Source of the DNA: an uncultured Chthonomonadaceae bacterium
GTDB taxonomy: Bacteria > Armatimonadota > Chthonomonadetes > Chthonomonadales > Chthonomonadaceae
Direction: 5' to 3'
DNA: 64,000 bases
Assembly: GCA_963835065.1 (NCBI GenBank)
Contig: CAWIEK010000060.1
Coordinates: forward strand, 1-64,000
Positions within the stretch are counted from its first letter, which is position 1. Each line of letters opens with the position of its first letter. The notes beneath the pieces are model-generated. The model did not search any database. It was given only the letters and a program-made list of their open reading frames with translations, and was not told the origin of the DNA. The position numbers and the translations under genes are program-made. Below are positions 59,498 to 64,000 of this stretch, in pieces.

Positions 59498-60867
59498 TCA
59501 AATGCGTCGGGCGCGTTTGGAAAGGGCTTTTTGCGTGGTCGTGACGGGCTGGCCGGTGGCGACAAAGGCGCGCTGCATCATCTGGAAGAACGCGGCTTTT
59601 TCCGCGCCGCGCACAATCGCCTGCTCGTGCGCTTCGGCCAGCGCGACAGGGTAGCCATCCCCCTTACGCGCCTGATCCCAGCACAGCGTATGCGTGAGTT
59701 GCAGCAGTTCGGGATCGTCACTGACCCATGCGGGGATTTCCACGCGCGCCACTTCCCGCCCGGTGTGCAGGTAAAAGAAGCGGATGCGTTGGGTAGGCGC
59801 GTAAGCGTTGAGGATTTGCGAACGCGACCCGAAAACGGCGGAGCGCTCGCCCGGCTGCAAGCAGGCACGCGAACAAATCGGCATCGCGCACCATTTCGGT
59901 TCCCGCGCACGGCGGCGCGACGTACTCCGGCTTGGGCTTGCTGTGCTGCGGGCAAAATCTATCGCAATTGGACAACTCGTGCGGACACGCAAACACGCGC
60001 AGGGCGTTGACCACATCCCGGCTTTGCGGCGCGCTGATGTACCCCGCAATCGGAACCCGCATTGCTTGCGCCTGCTCCAGTAATCTCTCAAACGCCAGAA
60101 TGGAAGCCGCCCGAAACGCCTCCTGCTCCGTTTCCAGCGGCCATAAGATCAGGCTGCCGTCGAAGAGGGCGATAGTTGATAGTTGATAGTTGATAGTTGA
60201 TAGAGCAGGAAGTGATGAGTGATGAGTGATGAGTGATGAGTGTGCATCCAATTCATCATTCATCATTCCGCGTTCATCACTGTTTTTGCCTGTTCCCTGT
60301 TCCCTGTTCCCTGTTCCCTGTCCTGCTGTCTCCTTTTCTTCTTTTCTCCTTTTCTCCTTTTCTTCCCCTGCTCCCATCAACTCTACCAGCCCTTCCACTT
60401 CAGCGAGCAGGCGGCGGATGGCGAGGCGTTTGGGAACGATGGCGGCTTGTTCGCCTTGAAATTCGTCCAATAGTTCGTCTTCGGGCAGGGCGAGATAGGG
60501 GCGGGAGGTTAGGGTGGCGCGTTCGCCCGTGCCGTAGCGCAGAGCGATCAGGCCGATGTTGAGGAGGTAGCAGAGGGCAATGTCGTGGCGGTCGGAAACG
60601 ATCTGCGAACCATCGGCGGCAAACACGGTGCAGGGCAAAGGGCAAGCAGGAGGCGCGTAAACCACATCGGGCGGCTCGTGCCAGGAAGCGATCAGCCAGG
60701 AGGTTTTGGAGTCGCGGATTTTGCCCCGCGTGGCTTCCCACGTTGGCCCCGAACGCGGTCAAACGCCGCTGCGCTTCCCGCATCGCCGCTTCCAAACGCG
60801 GCAGCGAACTCGCCCGGTCGCTGGCGAAGGTTTGTATTTGCGTGAATACCTGGGTGAAGTCTAGCAT
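59498..60867 (-). CDS. nurA: NurA family nuclease; frameshifts near 60748 and 59865; in-frame repeat insertion
   Basis: FAADGSQI, LLNIG, FDGSLILW, ARVEIPAW, GYPVALAEAHEQAIV. Confidence 0.85.
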
Positions 60868-60985
60868 AGTTGATAGTTGATAGTTGATAGTTGATAGTTG
60901 ATGTACTAAGCACAGGCTGTTGCGAACAATTTGCAGCAACCTTGCAAATCAGATGCCTATCAACTATCAACTATCAACTATCAAC
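60866..60985. repeat. Inverted heptamer arrays (ATAGTTG)n / (CAACTAT)n
   Basis: Visible directly, immediately upstream of nurA. Confidence 0.88.
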
Positions 60986-60986
60986 T

Positions 60987-61556
60987 TTAGTGCAGTATCG
61001 GCCCCCGCAGCGGATCGGCGACGGGGCGGTCCATAATCAGGGTGCCGAGCAGGTGGTCCCAGAAGCGGTTGGCGCGGTCGGATTCTTCGGGCCAGAAGCC
61101 GAAGGTTAAGAAGCCGTATAAGGTGCGCGTTGGGCTGATGCTGTTGGCAAAGGCCATACGCCACACGGCTTCGCGGTTATGCTTTGTATCAATTTTGCGG
61201 TACTCGCCCCAAATGACTTCAATGTCCTCGCGGGGAACGCGCTTTATATCTTCCGCGTCCAGATAATGCCCGGTGTTCACCATCGCGTTTTGCAGCAGCA
61301 GCATGAGGGAAGGATGCCCAGATTTCAGGCCCGGATAGCGCAGAACGGACACGCGCAGGACGCAGTCGTCATTGGGCGGCGGCTTGTCCGTGACTTTAAT
61401 CGCGCTTTGCTCCGGGTCGGGTTCCACATGCCAGTGCTGCGGGTACTCGAACTGCAAATCACCCCGGTCTAAGACGCAGATTTTGTTACCTGGCGCGGCT
61501 TTCCAGCTATGATTGGCCGCCAGCTTATGCTCGCTTTTGTTCCATTTATTTGCCAT
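60987..61556 (-). CDS. Hypothetical protein (possible PsbP/Mog1-like fold)
   Basis: FEYPQHWHVE motif; compact 189 aa ORF in a co-oriented run. Confidence 0.65.
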   Translation of the reverse strand: MANKWNKSEHKLAANHSWKAAPGNKICVLDRGDLQFEYPQHWHVEPDPEQSAIKVTDKPPPNDDCVLRVSVLRYPGLKSGHPSLMLLLQNAMVNTGHYLDAEDIKRVPREDIEVIWGEYRKIDTKHNREAVWRMAFANSISPTRTLYGFLTFGFWPEESDRANRFWDHLLGTLIMDRPVADPLRGPILH

Positions 61557-61626
61557 GACCTCACCCCCGGCCCCTCTCCTGGACGCTCGTTCCTCGCTAG
61601 GAGAGGGGAGACCTCTAATACATGGG

Positions 61627-62772
61627 CTACTCTCGCATTGCGTCAGGATTAAGACCCATTTGTTCACAGAATTGGCGATAGGCTTGGGGCGCGATTTCGG
61701 AGGGTTTGATTTCGCTTCTGCCGCCCCAAAATACGTTGGTGTAGGAAACGGGAATACCCACGCTTTGCAGGTGCGCGTCTATGGACGCTTTATGCTCCAA
61801 AAGGAGGGCTTTGTCCATGCCGTGCGCCACGCCCATGATGTTGACGTTACGGAACTCGGCTCCGCCTTCGCGCCAGTACGCATGCGTCATGATCTCGAAA
61901 CGCCCGACCTGCTGCCCCGCTTCCAGTTCGCGTCCCGGCGGCACGGCCCAATGGAACAGGGCGTTGTAGCGCGTGACGCGCATGCCTTCCGCAGACGGCT
62001 TGACGTGTTCCAGAAACGTGGAAAAGCGCCCGATAACGCGGCGCTCGGACAGGGAACGGGCAACGGTTAAAAACGTCGGCAAGTCTACGCCCGCTTCGTC
62101 CGCCCGCGCCTGCCACAAATCGCGGCGAATTTCTTCCGGCTCAAATTCCCGCTTCAATGCCACCAGAACCTGCCAGTCCAATTCGCTCAATTCAACGATG
62201 TTGGTGTCCAGCACTTCTGCCGGTTCGTCCGACATGCTGCCAATCGGGGTTCCCTTGCGCCGGATGTGGCCGACGCCCAGCGCGAACAGGCGCTTGGCGG
62301 GCATCAGGCGATAGTGTTCCGCGCCCACTTTTGCGGCCAGAAAATCGGCGTGTTTGGTAAGCGAATAGCCCTGCGGCGCTTTCAGGGTCGTCCACAGCCG
62401 GTAATTGCTGCCGGGTGTGGCGGCGTCCGTCGAGCGCAAAACGACATGCCCGGAAAACGGGTCCCGCTCAAACATAAATTCAAAGGCGGCGTCCAATTTG
62501 TCGGCGGGAACCTGCCACGCGGCAAGCGCGCCCTGCGCCAGATTGGTCGCCATCAGGGTTTGCCGGACGCGCCGAATGGTTCCCGCTTCCAGCATCGCCT
62601 GGATACGCTCGATAACAACCGCAGCAGGCGTTTCGGAGCGCGCGGCGATTTCCCCTATCGGATCGGCCAAAAAGCCCTGTATCTGATCTTCCGAAACGGC
62701 CAAAATCGCCGCATTGGTCGGATCGTCAATTTGCGTGGGCAATGTTGTTGTGGTACTGGCTGTCTTGCTCAT
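61627..62772 (-). CDS. Fused two-repeat Lrp/AsnC-like protein, siroheme decarboxylase (AhbA/AhbB, NirDL-type) family
   Basis: Two HTH+AsnC repeats: GTIRRVR..LAAWQVP..GHVVLR and VIGRFS..NALFHWAVP..THAYWR. Confidence 0.75.
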   Translation of the reverse strand: MSKTASTTTTLPTQIDDPTNAAILAVSEDQIQGFLADPIGEIAARSETPAAVVIERIQAMLEAGTIRRVRQTLMATNLAQGALAAWQVPADKLDAAFEFMFERDPFSGHVVLRSTDAATPGSNYRLWTTLKAPQGYSLTKHADFLAAKVGAEHYRLMPAKRLFALGVGHIRRKGTPIGSMSDEPAEVLDTNIVELSELDWQVLVALKREFEPEEIRRDLWQARADEAGVDLPTFLTVARSLSERRVIGRFSTFLEHVKPSAEGMRVTRYNALFHWAVPPGRELEAGQQVGRFEIMTHAYWREGGAEFRNVNIMGVAHGMDKALLLEHKASIDAHLQSVGIPVSYTNVFWGGRSEIKPSEIAPQAYRQFCEQMGLNPDAMRE

Positions 62773-63100
62773 AAGTTTATTGTACCCCAACCGTGTCCGT
62801 AAATCCTCCAGGTAGTGTACACTTCTTTCTGTAAATAGGATCGGGCTGTCACGTGCAGCGAGGCCGCTTATGGTGTCTCCTTTTGGTTGCCACACCAACC
62901 AAGGAGATCAATAACATGGCGATCCTCATCGCGTGGGGCGCAGACAAAGCAGGCAAGCGCCTGTTGCATCAATAACAAGTTCTTTCGTTCGCAGTCAAAG
63001 AAAGAAGTGGAAACTGTCTTTCCGCTTCCTGAGTGTCCGAGAGAGTAGCAGGAGTGGATAATGGGGGATAGAATTTCGTTTGTGAGCAGAGGAGAACAAC

Positions 63101-63523
63101 ATGGAACGAGTGACCGGCATCGGTGGCATCTTCTTCAAGGCGCGCGATCCCAAACAGATGATGGCGTGGTACAGCAAGCATCTGGGTATCGGCGCAGGCG
63201 ACAACACGGAAGAAACCTATACAGAGTTTACCTGGCGCGATCCCGACAATCCTCAACTTCCGGGTTCCACTGTCTGGTCGCTGTTTCCCCACGACACGCG
63301 CTACTTCGATCCCAGCACATCACCCTTCATGGTCAACTACCGGGTGGCTGATCTGGATGCGTTGTTGGCGCAGTTGCGGGCAGAAGGCGTACAGGTAGAC
63401 GAGCGCATCGAAGAATACGAGTACGGACGTTTCGGCTGGATCACCGACCCGGAAGGCAACCGCATCGAACTCTGGGAACCGCCCAAAGGAACCGCAGGCA
63501 GACCTACAGAACAGGAGGAATGA
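63101..63523 (+). CDS. VOC/glyoxalase family protein
   Basis: RVTGIGGIFFK, NYRVADLD, DPEGNRIELWEP. Confidence 0.92.
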   Translation: MERVTGIGGIFFKARDPKQMMAWYSKHLGIGAGDNTEETYTEFTWRDPDNPQLPGSTVWSLFPHDTRYFDPSTSPFMVNYRVADLDALLAQLRAEGVQVDERIEEYEYGRFGWITDPEGNRIELWEPPKGTAGRPTEQEE

Positions 63524-63906
63524 TGTCAACGACACACAAAGATGCTGAAACAGATTTCGCGGCTGTATTTGCGGAATTGAAGAAGATACTTCAAGTCCAT
63601 GCGTCACATCTTGTCGTTGCTGCGGATGAACCAGGCAACTACTATCTCAACACCTCGCGCATTCAGAAGAACAAACAGCCACTTTTCTTCGGCGCAGCGC
63701 AGATCAAGAAGAACTACGTCAGTTTTCACCTGTTTCCCATTTATGTCCATCCTGAACTTCTCACAGACATTGCGCCGGAACTGAAAGCGCGGATGCAGGG
63801 TAAAGCGTGCTTCAACTTCAAGAAGGGTGATCCTGCCCTCTTTGCGGAACTCGCTCGACTCACGCAAGCGGGCTTTGCCGCGTTTGAGGTGAAAGACTGG
63901 ATATAA
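63520..63906 (+). CDS. DUF1801-like protein
   Basis: KKNYVSFHLFPIY, RMQGKACFNF. Confidence 0.75.
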   Translation: MMSTTHKDAETDFAAVFAELKKILQVHASHLVVAADEPGNYYLNTSRIQKNKQPLFFGAAQIKKNYVSFHLFPIYVHPELLTDIAPELKARMQGKACFNFKKGDPALFAELARLTQAGFAAFEVKDWI

Positions 63907-63946
63907 GGGATTGCCCGAATACCTGAACACCGAACACCTGAACACC

Positions 63947-64000
63947 TACTCGTCAATCGAAATCACCCGTGCCCACGAGAACGCGCCGGCCATCGTAAAG
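63947..64000 (-). CDS. Possible 3' end of a gene entering from the right edge
   Basis: Frame ...FTMAGAFSWARVISIDE* converges on the repeat at 63914-63947. Confidence 0.3.

Noticed and set aside
3175..60867. About a dozen frameshifts (near 3477, 5815, 14836, 15473, 33603, 42150, 51592, 52230, 54430, 55123, 59865, 60748) as programmed frameshifting, phase variation or pseudogenisation
   Set aside because: They are scattered small indels in unrelated genes whose motifs are otherwise intact, with no shared slippery motif. Long-read consensus error is the simplest explanation; a read check is needed.
60168..60985. Repeat arrays as a CRISPR array
   Set aside because: The units are 7-8 bp tandem repeats with no unique spacers, and there are no cas genes.

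Overview
GC-rich bacterial chromosomal window. A PEP-CTERM gene, a BTAD-STAND regulator and abundant 7-8-mer repeats suggest a diderm lineage such as Armatimonadota (inference only). Many genes are split by single-base indels, most likely long-read assembly errors. The left edge holds the end of a probable integrative element: a large serine recombinase whose 3' end overlaps an SDR gene, plus a divergent small ORF absent from the ORF track. The centre (21.9-38.0 kb) is the most notable region, with two divergent operons. The leftward operon encodes a helical protein, a PknG-like kinase, a Zn-ribbon PP2C, a vWA protein, a Zn-ribbon FHA protein and a GlnX-like 4-TM protein, with no GlnH or GarA-type gene. 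It sits behind a strong promoter and a long structured leader. The rightward operon encodes a solute-binding protein-OmpA fusion, an ABC permease and ATPase, two coiled-coil proteins, a DUF3137-like protein and a small Zn-ribbon protein. An orphan kdpA has a structured leader whose terminal hairpin resembles that of the kinase operon. Several non-autonomous repeat families are present: a 92-93 bp MITE in two copies, GTAG-type REP doublets, CCCCTCTCC hairpins, IS4 remnants, and heptamer arrays, some inserted in frame in NurA and a WD40 protein. The rest is ordinary metabolic and hypothetical genes. No rRNA, tRNA or CRISPR array was seen.
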